Virus record (IMG/VR): IMGVR_UViG_3300006641_000031
Coordinates: 817-64,816 of that record
Length of the DNA: 64,000 bases
Origin: a virus
Taxonomy: Duplodnaviria; Caudoviricetes
Direction: 5' to 3' (one strand)
Positions 55,730 to 64,000 of this stretch are shown here, one piece after another. Under the pieces are notes generated by a model. That model was not told the origin of the DNA and made no database searches. It was given only the letters and a program-made list of their open reading frames with translations. The position numbers were made by a program, and so were the translations under genes. The stretch's first letter is position 1, and every line of letters begins with the position of its first letter.

Positions 55730-56654
55730 GATTGTAAATTTTTCCTATGGTGAAGTTCGGCGACGCTTTTTGCGTTTGCTTCAAGAAGCGGACTTTTTGA
55801 GATCAAGTCATTTTCTGCGACTCTCCCGGGATCAGGCTGGAGAGGTTCGTATGAAAGTTTACGCGATCCCCAATGGTGGTCTTCCCGTGGGGGCCATGTT
55901 TTTGAACTACTCAGACCACTACACTTTGGTTGAAGATCCTTGTGATGCCGATCTCTTTGTGGATGATTTGGTGGATAGTGGGAGTACCAGAGATCGCTAC
56001 ATGCGGGAATATCCTGACGCTGTTGGGTTTTTGGCGTTGGTGGATAAACCCCAGGAGAACATTTGTTCGTGGATTTCTTTTCCATGGGAGCGCCAGCAAA
56101 AACAGGACGGTCCCCAAGATAATGTGCGTCGTATTCTTCAGTACCTTGGGGAAGATTGCAATCGGGATGGATTGCTTAAGACTCCGGATCGAGTGGTACG
56201 TTCGTGGGATGAATTGTTTGCCGGCTACAAACGGAATCCTGGAGATGTTATTACTGTTTTTGAAGAACCATGTGATGAAATGGTGGTATTGCGCAATGTG
56301 GAATTTATTTCCTGTTGTGAGCATCATATGCTGCCGTTTCATGGTAAGGCTCACATCGCGTATATCCCAAATGGCAAAGTGATCGGGGTTTCCAAGTTGG
56401 CTCGTATTTTGGAAATCTATTGTCGGCGCTTACAAGTTCAGGAACGAATTTGCCAGCAGGTTACTGAAGCCCTGGACAAGTACCTCCATCCGTTGGGGGC
56501 CGCTTGCGTGCTAGAGGGAGTTCATTTGTGCATGGTGGCACGGGGCGTCTCTAAGCAATCTTCCGTTATGGTGACCTCGAGCATGACTGGAGCATTTCGG
56601 GAGAAACCGGAGGCACGTAACGAGTTTCTGTCCCTCATTCGCAGGCAGGACTGA
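55722..56654 (+). CDS. folE: Purine phosphoribosyltransferase-like domain fused to GTP cyclohydrolase I
   Basis: N-part: IP.GG, VDDLVDSGST (PRPP loop) and WISFPWE. C-part: TPDRV, CEHHMLPF, G.SKLAR, RLQVQE and HLCM..RG. Confidence 0.9.
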   Translation: MVEIVNFSYGEVRRRFLRLLQEADFLRSSHFLRLSRDQAGEVRMKVYAIPNGGLPVGAMFLNYSDHYTLVEDPCDADLFVDDLVDSGSTRDRYMREYPDAVGFLALVDKPQENICSWISFPWERQQKQDGPQDNVRRILQYLGEDCNRDGLLKTPDRVVRSWDELFAGYKRNPGDVITVFEEPCDEMVVLRNVEFISCCEHHMLPFHGKAHIAYIPNGKVIGVSKLARILEIYCRRLQVQERICQQVTEALDKYLHPLGAACVLEGVHLCMVARGVSKQSSVMVTSSMTGAFREKPEARNEFLSLIRRQD

Positions 56655-56655
56655 A

Positions 56656-57606
56656 ATGGTTCGTGAGAAATTGAATTTGCCTGATCCTAATGAGGATTGG
56701 GAGTGTGGTTGTGTAAAGTCCCATTTTTTAGATAGTGGGGCTTTCACTATTTGGACTAAAGCGGCAGAGTATGCCAAGGAAAATAAAACAGATCAGTGGG
56801 CGTATTACGACACTCCTGACTTTTATGAGTACCTTGACAGCTATGCCGCTTTTGTTCAAAAGTTCCACTATGCCATAGACCACTATGCCAATGTGGACGC
56901 CATTCCAAATCCAGAACTCACGTATCGCAATCAAAAGTATTTAGAACAGACTCACGGGTTGAATCCGGTTCCTGTTGTCCATTATCGCACTTCTTTGGAT
57001 TGGTTGAAGCGTTATGTGGACGAGGGTTACGATTTTATTGCTCTTGGTGGATTGGTTGGAAGTCTTACTCAAGAACATTGCCGTGGGTGGTTGGATCGTT
57101 GCTTTGATTTTTTGTGTGACAACCCCTCTCGTTGTCCCCGAGTCCGTATTCATGGCTTTGGTGTGACGTCTTACGAGTTGTTGTTGCGGTACCCTTGGTA
57201 TTCGGTGGACAGCACCAGTTGGACAAAGATTGGGGCTTTTGGTGGCATTTCTGTCCCTCACCAGCGCCGGGGTGAGTTTGTCTTTACGGAACAGCCTTAT
57301 ATCTTGGGTGTGAGCATTGATTCACCCAAGCGAAGGGAACGTGGCTATCATTATTTCACGTTATCCTCCGGAGAGAAAGCTATCGTTCGTAAGTGGTTGT
57401 CTGATATTGGAGTTGGTCTTGGGAAGTGGAAGTGGAATCCCGATGGCACTTACGAAGTTTTGGAATATGGTGTGGTGACGAGACACGTGGAAAGGCGGTA
57501 TGCAAATCTGATGTTTTACCAACGAATGGTGGAATCGATGCCGGCTTATCCATTTCCATTCCATTTGAAGAACCGGGTTTCCATTAAGGGGTTCGGTCTC
57601 ATATGA
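56656..57606 (+). CDS. dpdA: DNA 7-deazaguanine transglycosylase (TGT-like)
   Basis: FLDSGAFT, PVVH, ALGGLV, HGFGVT and SVDSTSW motifs; located in the preQ0 operon. Confidence 0.85.
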   Translation: MVREKLNLPDPNEDWECGCVKSHFLDSGAFTIWTKAAEYAKENKTDQWAYYDTPDFYEYLDSYAAFVQKFHYAIDHYANVDAIPNPELTYRNQKYLEQTHGLNPVPVVHYRTSLDWLKRYVDEGYDFIALGGLVGSLTQEHCRGWLDRCFDFLCDNPSRCPRVRIHGFGVTSYELLLRYPWYSVDSTSWTKIGAFGGISVPHQRRGEFVFTEQPYILGVSIDSPKRRERGYHYFTLSSGEKAIVRKWLSDIGVGLGKWKWNPDGTYEVLEYGVVTRHVERRYANLMFYQRMVESMPAYPFPFHLKNRVSIKGFGLI

Positions 57607-57803
57607 TCCTTTACTATTCAGGGGATGGGAGTCATTGGTCTCAGCCAGAAATAGCTTTGAGAAACGAATGCACTCTGATGTTGACGTTTTGGCCAATGTA
57701 CCAATCTGGAAAATTGACCAAGCGTTTTAAGATGATCAAGGACAAGCGGAAAGAAAACTACTTGAAGAAGAAAGGGAATGTTCGTGGTAAAGGTAAATCG
57801 TGA
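57603..57803 (+). CDS. Small protein, possibly the detached first strands of the DpdA barrel
   Basis: ATGA-coupled to dpdA; begins MILYYSG...LMLTF. Confidence 0.45.
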   Translation: MILYYSGDGSHWSQPEIALRNECTLMLTFWPMYQSGKLTKRFKMIKDKRKENYLKKKGNVRGKGKS

Positions 57804-58830
57804 GCTGTTGTTGCAGCAATTGGAATCGGTCCAGCCCGGCCTGTCCACTCGGGAGATTGTGGAGCAGAGCAGTTGTTTTTGTTTCCGTGGTGGAATGGTT
57901 TTTACGTTTAACGAGGAAATTGCTTGCAGTCATGAGTGTAACCTTCCATTGGAAGGTGCAATTCAGGCTGCTCCTTTTTTGGCTATTCTGCGCAAACTAC
58001 CGGATGAAGAACTGGAGGTGGTGGAAGCGGAAGGGGAGATCCAGTTGTTTGGAAAGCGTCGCACTCTTGGGATTCGTCGGGAGTCTGATTTCTTACTCCC
58101 TATTGATTCTGTAGAGTTGCCTAAAAAGTGGAAGCCTTTGCCGGCGGAGTTTTTGGAGGCAATTGGAATTGTCCAGACTTGCGTTGGAAAAGACGAATCT
58201 TTCTTTTCTATGACATGCGTTCATGTCCATCCCGATTATTTGGAAGCCTGCGATAACACGCAATTGTGCCGATATGCTCTCACGACTAATGTCAGGGAGG
58301 AATTTTTGGTGCGCGGCTCCAGTGTTAAGCACATCACTTCTTTGGGGATGATTGAGTTTTCCGAAACCAAGTCTTGGTTGCATTTTCGTTCTTCGTCTGG
58401 ATTGATTCTTTCTTGTAGGCGTTACATCGAGGAGTTCCCAGATCTTTCCAAGTTGTTGAAATGTCGTGGTATTAAGACGACCTTACCCAAGGGATTGGTG
58501 GAAGCTGCCGAAAAGGCCAGTGTTTTTTCTGCAGAAAATGTGGACGCCAATCAAGTAACTATTGAGTTGCGTCCGGGTAAGTTGCGGATTCGTGGGCAAG
58601 GCATTTCTGGTTGGTACACGGAGACCAAGAAGATCCAGTATGACGGTGAGCCTATTCTTTTTTTGGTGTCACCCCAATTGTTGTCTGAGATCACACAGCG
58701 GTATAACGAATGCGAGATTTCCCAGGAGCGTTTGAAGGTGGAAGGAAAAGGTTTCACCTACGTTACGTGTCTTGGTGCTCCTGCGGCAGAGAAAGAAACG
58801 GAACCAGCTGAAGAGGCTGTTGTAGAATGA
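57778..58830 (+). CDS. dnaN: DNA polymerase III beta-like sliding clamp
   Basis: 350 aa; VNRELLL..L..V...LS, LEACDN.QL and EFPDLSKLL pattern. Confidence 0.75.
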   Translation: MFVVKVNRELLLQQLESVQPGLSTREIVEQSSCFCFRGGMVFTFNEEIACSHECNLPLEGAIQAAPFLAILRKLPDEELEVVEAEGEIQLFGKRRTLGIRRESDFLLPIDSVELPKKWKPLPAEFLEAIGIVQTCVGKDESFFSMTCVHVHPDYLEACDNTQLCRYALTTNVREEFLVRGSSVKHITSLGMIEFSETKSWLHFRSSSGLILSCRRYIEEFPDLSKLLKCRGIKTTLPKGLVEAAEKASVFSAENVDANQVTIELRPGKLRIRGQGISGWYTETKKIQYDGEPILFLVSPQLLSEITQRYNECEISQERLKVEGKGFTYVTCLGAPAAEKETEPAEEAVVE

Positions 58831-60077
58831 AAGGCTTTTTTTCCGGTTCTACACTGGCCCAAAGTAAGAAACCAAGCCCCACAATTCCGCTTTGTGGGGC
58901 TTGTGGTCTTTACAAGGGCTGCAAATCCCCAAAGATGTCTTTTAGTGGTAATGGGCGCCGAAGAATTTTAATTGTGGGCGACTTTCCAGGGAAAGAGGAG
59001 GATTTAGAAGGGACTCATTTTGTAGGACGGACTGGTAAGTTTCTTAAACGAACTTTGAGATCTTTGGGTGGTGATCCTGAGGAAGATTACTGGTATGACA
59101 ACGCCCTCATTTGTCATTTGTCTAAAAAACAAAATGAGGGGAATGTCGAAGTTTCCATTTCAGACAGGATTGGTTATTGCCGTCCAAATTTAATACGCAC
59201 TATTGAGCAGTTGCGGCCACAAGTCATCCTTTTGTTGGGTTACGAAGCGGTTCAGAGTATCATTGGATCGATTTGGAAAGAGGATGTTGGTATTTTGAGC
59301 CGTTGGACTGGATTTCAAATTCCGTGTCGGAAATGGAATTGTTGGATTTGCCCCACATATGATCCGAATTATGTTTTACGCACTCTAGAGTCCCGTAAAA
59401 AAGATCCGGTTCCTAATTTGTGGTTTCGTCGGCATTTGGAATCAGCCCTTCAATTATCTGGTCGTCCATATGACGAGATACCAAACGAAATTAAGGAGGT
59501 TGAACTCGTTTTAGATACGGATGAGGCGGCTAGAATTTTGGACAAGATGGTAGAGCGTGGTGGTGTTGTGGCATTTGATTACGAGACCACTATGCTCAAG
59601 CCAGATTGGTTTGATGCTGAAATTTTGTCTTGTTCCGTATGTTGGAATGGGAAGAAAACCATAGCATTTCCTTGGCGTGGTGCTGCTGTGCCGGCGATGG
59701 GACGGTTAATTCGTTCTTCTATGCCTAAGATCGCCAGTAATCTCAAAATGGAGGATCGTTGGTCCAGAATGGAGTTTGGCAAGCCCGTTAAGAATTGGGC
59801 GTGGTGTACGATGACTGCAGCACACGCATTAGATAACAGACCTGGAATTTGTGGGTTAAAGTTCCAATCTTTTGTATTGTTGGGAGCGGAGAGTTACGAT
59901 GATCACATTTCCAAGTTTCTGTCTTCCAATAATTCTAACTTGCGCACAAATCAGATTTTAGAGCAAGTGAACCTCCATGATCTTTTGCTTTACAATGGAT
60001 TGGACTCTTTGTTGGAGTACCGTGTTGCTGAAAAGCAAATGGTTCAATTTGGTATTTCCATGAAAGATTGGCTATGA
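58827..60077 (+). CDS. Family-4 uracil-DNA-glycosylase-like domain + 3'-5' exonuclease (N-terminal half of an SPO1-type polymerase)
   Basis: CGACGL...C, G.FPG.EED..G..FVG.TG, then AFDYETT, N.KMED and YNGLD exonuclease motifs. Confidence 0.85.
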   Translation: MKGFFSGSTLAQSKKPSPTIPLCGACGLYKGCKSPKMSFSGNGRRRILIVGDFPGKEEDLEGTHFVGRTGKFLKRTLRSLGGDPEEDYWYDNALICHLSKKQNEGNVEVSISDRIGYCRPNLIRTIEQLRPQVILLLGYEAVQSIIGSIWKEDVGILSRWTGFQIPCRKWNCWICPTYDPNYVLRTLESRKKDPVPNLWFRRHLESALQLSGRPYDEIPNEIKEVELVLDTDEAARILDKMVERGGVVAFDYETTMLKPDWFDAEILSCSVCWNGKKTIAFPWRGAAVPAMGRLIRSSMPKIASNLKMEDRWSRMEFGKPVKNWAWCTMTAAHALDNRPGICGLKFQSFVLLGAESYDDHISKFLSSNNSNLRTNQILEQVNLHDLLLYNGLDSLLEYRVAEKQMVQFGISMKDWL

Positions 60078-61474
60078 AACCAGTTACTTTTGAGGCTTAC
60101 CAGCTTTTGCGTGATGGGTTGGTAGAGTTTTCTGGTATGGAGGCAAATGGGATTTGTGTAGATGTGGAACGTCTGACGGCTAACATCCAAGAGGTGGAAG
60201 GCCGTGTTAAACAGCTGACCGCCCAGATACGGCAGACAGACGTTTGGCGATTGTGGTTAAAGATTTACGGGGGAAAGGCCAACATGGGGAGTCGTCCTCA
60301 GTTGGCTAGAATTTTGTTTAAGGAGTTGGGATTTAAGGGGGAGCAGAACCATGACACGAATCGTTACATTTTGGACGAGGCCACTCTTGCTAATATTGAT
60401 CACCCCTTTTGCAAAATGTTTCTGGAAATAGAGAGGTGGAAAAAACTTCATGGTACTTTTCTTTTGGGGTTGCAGCGGGAGGTGTGCGACGGCTACCTCC
60501 ACTCTTTTTTCAATCTCCACATAGCTAGAACTTACCGCAGTTCTAGTGACAGTATCAATTTCCAAAACATTCCGATTCGGGATCAAGAAGTTGGGGCGTA
60601 CATTCGTTCTTGTTTTATTCCTCGTGGGAAAGATCGGGTGTTGGTGGAATTGGATTATTCTGGTGTAGAGGTTTTGGTGGCGGCTTGTTACCACAAAGAC
60701 CCCACGATGATTCAGTACATTGAAAATCCCGGAAAAGATATGCACCGGGATATGGCGGCTCAATGTTACAAGCTGAAGCCAAAACAGGTCACTAAGCAGC
60801 TTCGTTATTGTGGGAAGAATATGTTCGTCTTTCCAGAATTTTATGGGAGTTACTATGCCCAGTGTGCTGTTAATTTGTGGAATGCTTTGGATTCCATGTC
60901 TTTGACTTTGGAAGATGGGACGCGGGTTAAAGATCATTTAGCGGCTAAGGGAGTTACGAAGTTGGGTTCTGTGTCTGATTACAAGCCAGAACCGGGAACT
61001 TTCATGGATCATTTGAAAGATGTGGAAGACGATTTTTGGGGTCGGCGTTTTCAGGTATATGGAAGGTGGCGGGAAGATTGGTTTGAGAGTTACTTGAAAA
61101 ATGGGGGATTTAATACCTTAACTGGATTTCGTATTGATGGAATTTACGGGCGAAATGACGTGATCAATTACCCGATTCAAGGGTCTGCTTTCCATTGTCT
61201 TCTTTGGTCCTTTATTCAAATTTCTCGTCAGCTTCGCCGGCGGAAGATGGACGCTTTGTTGGTAGGTCAAATCCATGACAGTATTTTGGCCGATGTGCAT
61301 GTGAGTTGTGTCCAAGACTATTTGATTTTGGCCAAAGAGATCATGGTGGATCGGTTAATGGAGCATTGGAAATGGATTATTGTAAACCTTAAGATTGAGG
61401 CGGAGGTGACCCCCGTAGGTGGTTCTTGGCACGACAAAAAGAAAGTGGATGACATTTACAAGTTTGCACTTTAA
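60074..61474 (+). CDS. polA: DNA polymerase family A catalytic subunit
   Basis: T.RSSSD.INFQNIP, motif A DYSGVE, motif B R..GKN..FP.FYG, NYPIQG and motif C IHDS. Confidence 0.92.
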   Translation: MKPVTFEAYQLLRDGLVEFSGMEANGICVDVERLTANIQEVEGRVKQLTAQIRQTDVWRLWLKIYGGKANMGSRPQLARILFKELGFKGEQNHDTNRYILDEATLANIDHPFCKMFLEIERWKKLHGTFLLGLQREVCDGYLHSFFNLHIARTYRSSSDSINFQNIPIRDQEVGAYIRSCFIPRGKDRVLVELDYSGVEVLVAACYHKDPTMIQYIENPGKDMHRDMAAQCYKLKPKQVTKQLRYCGKNMFVFPEFYGSYYAQCAVNLWNALDSMSLTLEDGTRVKDHLAAKGVTKLGSVSDYKPEPGTFMDHLKDVEDDFWGRRFQVYGRWREDWFESYLKNGGFNTLTGFRIDGIYGRNDVINYPIQGSAFHCLLWSFIQISRQLRRRKMDALLVGQIHDSILADVHVSCVQDYLILAKEIMVDRLMEHWKWIIVNLKIEAEVTPVGGSWHDKKKVDDIYKFAL

Positions 61475-61484
61475 GGATTTTTGA

Positions 61485-62414
61485 ATGGAAGAGCTTTACA
61501 AGAAATATCGACCAGGGGTTTTCAAATCTGTACTGGGTCAGGAACAAGCCGTTGCGATGTTGAACGGTTATTTGACCAAGGGCAAACTCCCACATTTTTT
61601 GTTATTCACGGGTCCATCGGGGTGTGGGAAGACTACTCTTGCCAGGATTCTAAAAAATAAGTTGGAGTGTGCAGATACAGATTTTGTGGAAATCAATTGC
61701 GCGGATTTCCGTGGCATTGATATGGTGAGAGAAATTCGGGGACGTATGGGTCTGTCCCCTTTGGGTGGCTCCTGCCGCATTTGGCTCATTGACGAAGCCC
61801 ACAAGCTCACCGGGGATGCTCAAAATGCTTTGTTGAAAATGTTGGAGGATACCCCAAAACACGTCTATTTCTTCATGGCGACGACAGATCCAGATAAGTT
61901 GATCGCCACGATTAAGACACGGGCAACCGTGGTGGCGGTAAAGGCTCTCACACCCACTAAAGCAAAAGAATTAGTGGCTAAGGTATTGCAAAGGGAGGAA
62001 GCCCAGTTAGAAGAAGACGTGGTGGATCGGTTGGTAGAAACGGCGGAGGGGTCCGCAAGAAAGTTATTGGTTTTGTTAGGACAGGTTTTGGAGCTGCCTA
62101 ATTCTACGGAACAGCTCCAAATGCTTCAGTCCGTGGACGCCAAGGCTCAAGCTATTCAGTTGGCTAGAGCATTGTTTAATCCAAGGGTTACTTGGACTGA
62201 TGTGGCGAAGCTTCTTAAAGAGGTTACCGAAGATCCAGAAAGTATTCGGTGGATGGTGCTTGGTTACTGTTCTTCTATTGTTCTTGCCAACAAGACTCCA
62301 GCGATGGTAAAGCGAGCACTTTTTGTTATGAATTGTTTCCGAGACAACTACTATGATACAAAAAAAGCTGGACTAATTTTGTCTTGTTCTGATGTACTTG
62401 GTCATGGTGGTTAA
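61485..62414 (+). CDS. dnaX: Clamp loader (DnaX gamma/tau-like)
   Basis: LYKKYRP..F..VLGQE, GPSGCGKTT, IDEAH and NALLK.LED motifs. Confidence 0.85.
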   Translation: MEELYKKYRPGVFKSVLGQEQAVAMLNGYLTKGKLPHFLLFTGPSGCGKTTLARILKNKLECADTDFVEINCADFRGIDMVREIRGRMGLSPLGGSCRIWLIDEAHKLTGDAQNALLKMLEDTPKHVYFFMATTDPDKLIATIKTRATVVAVKALTPTKAKELVAKVLQREEAQLEEDVVDRLVETAEGSARKLLVLLGQVLELPNSTEQLQMLQSVDAKAQAIQLARALFNPRVTWTDVAKLLKEVTEDPESIRWMVLGYCSSIVLANKTPAMVKRALFVMNCFRDNYYDTKKAGLILSCSDVLGHGG

Positions 62415-62446
62415 TCCATTCCGATTATGGTGGTGGAGGTTTATTT

Positions 62447-62929
62447 ATGGCTGACGAAGACATTGAATCCATTTTGGAAGTGGATGAGTATGCTTTGGAT
62501 CAAGAGTGGAAAAATCAACCGAAACTTTTTTTCCGGTATGCCAAGCAGTTAGCGGAAGCTCGGAAGTTATTGGATGAGGCCGAAGCCAATGTGGGGGTGG
62601 TTCGGGCAAAGCTAGACTCTATGATACGAGCGGAACCGGAAGACTTTGGTTTGGCCAAGATTACGGAAAAAGCGGTAGAGCAAGCGGTGGAGGCTCATGC
62701 GAAATTTCGTAAGGTGAAAGAAGTTGTTGTGGATCTAAAGTTTCGGGTCAATGTGTTACAAGCGGCTGTAACGGCATTGGACCATCGCAAGCGGTCATTG
62801 GAGAATCTGGTGAACCTCCACGGTCAGCATTATTTTGCCACTCCGGTGACGAAGATGGATAAATCTGTAGGAGAGGATATTGTGAAAAGGAGTGTAAGAA
62901 ATTCGGTCACAAAAACAGAACGGGAGTGA
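62447..62929 (+). CDS. UvsY-like recombination mediator (helical)
   Basis: VDE..LD.E...QP.L..RY...L.HRK..LEN pattern; positioned before the SSB. Confidence 0.55.
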   Translation: MADEDIESILEVDEYALDQEWKNQPKLFFRYAKQLAEARKLLDEAEANVGVVRAKLDSMIRAEPEDFGLAKITEKAVEQAVEAHAKFRKVKEVVVDLKFRVNVLQAAVTALDHRKRSLENLVNLHGQHYFATPVTKMDKSVGEDIVKRSVRNSVTKTERE

Positions 62930-62932
62930 CCT

Positions 62933-63094
62933 ATGGAGTGGGTTGCGGGTGTGTTGTGGGTCTTGTGTTGGATCTTGTGTTTCTTGGTGGTCTTTTTTGG
63001 ATCGTTGTTTTGGCTGTTTTACGCGGCGAAAATAGTCACTTTTGGCGTATTGCAGTCTATCCGTTACTTTGAAAAGGAGAATGTAAATGAGTAA
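62933..63094 (+). CDS. Small membrane protein (not in ORF track)
   Basis: 53 aa, MEWVAGVLWVLCWILCFLVVFFGSLFWLFY...; GGGAG RBS. Confidence 0.55.
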   Translation: MEWVAGVLWVLCWILCFLVVFFGSLFWLFYAAKIVTFGVLQSIRYFEKENVNE

Positions 63095-64000
63095 AACGGA
63101 CAGGGAGCGTCGAGAACAACGGCGCGAAGTAAATGTGGAGGGTCGGCTACGGAACCATAAAACGGGGTTCGACCGCACTACGTTGAAAATTCCGGAAGGG
63201 CTTGGTTTGTTTCAATTGAAACGACCGGGAACCTACCGTTTCGACATCATCCCATTTACGACTGGTGAGGGAAATCCCTTTTGTAAGCCTGGACAGCTTT
63301 ACTACGAACGAACCTTCTTCGTTCACCGGGATATTGGGGCGAACAAGGATGCTTACGTCTGTCCGCGAAAAACGGCTGGCAAGACGTGCCCTATTTGCAG
63401 TTATCGGGCGTCTTTGGCAGACGACCCTAATGCAGATGAGGAGTTGATCAAGTCACTGAGTCCCAAAGAGCGGCAGTTGTTTTTGATCTACAACTATGCT
63501 GAACCGGATAAAGGTATTCAGCTTTGGGATGTTTCGTTCCACTTGTTCGGCAAGTTGCTGGACACGCGGTTGCGGAATTTGGATGAGGACGAAAAGCAGT
63601 TCAAACGGTTTGCCAATCCAGACGATGGTTGTACCCTTAAGATCACCGCGGAGGAAAAATCGCTGGGTGGCAATACGTTTTGTGAGGTGGTGGACATCCA
63701 ATTCAAGTTGCGCTCTAAAGCATTGGACCCTGATTTGGTAGAATCGGCTCCATGTTTAGACAACATGCCCATTATTCTTTCCACGGAAAAACTGAAGGCC
63801 ATTTTCTTACAGAAAGATGAGGATGGAGCCGACGACGAGGACGGTGACGAGGACGACGCACCTCCACCGAAGAAGAAAAAGCCTCCGGTGGAAGACGACG
63901 AGGACGGTGACGAGGACGATGCACCTCCACCGAAGAAGAAAAAGCCTCCGGTGGAAGACGACGAGGACGGTGACGAGGACGATGCACCTCCACCGAAGAA
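63087..64000 (+). CDS. T4 gp32-like single-stranded DNA-binding protein, 3'-truncated (not in ORF track)
   Basis: MSKTDRERRE...RFDIIP...VH...VCP.K..GK.CPIC...F.NPDDG. Open to the window end with an acidic/Lys repeat tail. Confidence 0.8.
   Translation, partial: MSKTDRERREQRREVNVEGRLRNHKTGFDRTTLKIPEGLGLFQLKRPGTYRFDIIPFTTGEGNPFCKPGQLYYERTFFVHRDIGANKDAYVCPRKTAGKTCPICSYRASLADDPNADEELIKSLSPKERQLFLIYNYAEPDKGIQLWDVSFHLFGKLLDTRLRNLDEDEKQFKRFANPDDGCTLKITAEEKSLGGNTFCEVVDIQFKLRSKALDPDLVESAPCLDNMPIILSTEKLKAIFLQKDEDGADDEDGDEDDAPPPKKKKPPVEDDEDGDEDDAPPPKKKKPPVEDDEDGDEDDAPPPK
63831..64000 (+). repeat. 63-bp coding tandem repeat (DDEDGDEDDAPPPKKKKPPVE)n
   Basis: Copies start at 63831, 63894 and 63957 (partial at edge). 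Confidence 0.9.

Noticed and set aside
53535-57606. Host queuosine tRNA-modification operon (bacterial chromosome)
   Set aside because: No queA/queF/queG or canonical tgt zinc-site motif; the context is phage replication genes and a DpdA-type protein.
62933-63094. Holin
   Set aside because: Hydrophobic but located among replication genes with no endolysin nearby; left as an unknown membrane protein.
1-64000. tRNA, rRNA, integrase/att site, stop-codon reassignment
   Set aside because: None recognised by eye. Genes tile densely under the standard code using all three stops. tRNAscan-SE/Aragorn would be needed to exclude tRNAs formally.

Overview
A 64 kb stretch of a large tailed dsDNA phage genome with siphovirus-type morphogenesis genes. 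The host is unknown; Planctomycetota is only a guess from the Cys-rich tail proteins and csrA. No terminase, lysis, integrase, tRNA or rRNA genes were recognised. The window has four zones. (1) 1-31.2 kb, + strand virion module: fibre and tailspike, head-tail adaptors, HK97-type portal, MuF fused to an ADP-ribosyltransferase, a 928-aa kinase + ADP-ribosyltransferase protein, prohead protease, major capsid, tail tube, -1 frameshifting tail chaperone, tape measure and tail-tip proteins. Three of these proteins carry poly-serine tracts, one about 483 residues long. (2) 31.2-38.6 kb: a co-oriented cluster of glycosyltransferase-, methyltransferase-, sulfotransferase- and cupin-like genes. (3) 38.7-53.5 kb: small early-type genes around two quasi-palindromic divergent promoter cassettes, a divergent AAA+/VWA-like pair, a sigma factor, SNF2 helicase, primase, an iteron-rich putative origin and DnaB. 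(4) 53.5-64 kb: a 7-deazaguanine DNA-modification operon (queD, queE, queC, csrA, PRTase-folE fusion, dpdA) and a replisome (beta clamp, split UDG/exonuclease + PolA, clamp loader, UvsY-like protein, gp32-like SSB). The best candidate for an undescribed system is a phage-encoded mucin-like coat: poly-Ser virion proteins plus a dedicated O-glycosylation/methylation/sulfation cluster. All calls come from motif recognition by eye; no searches were run.
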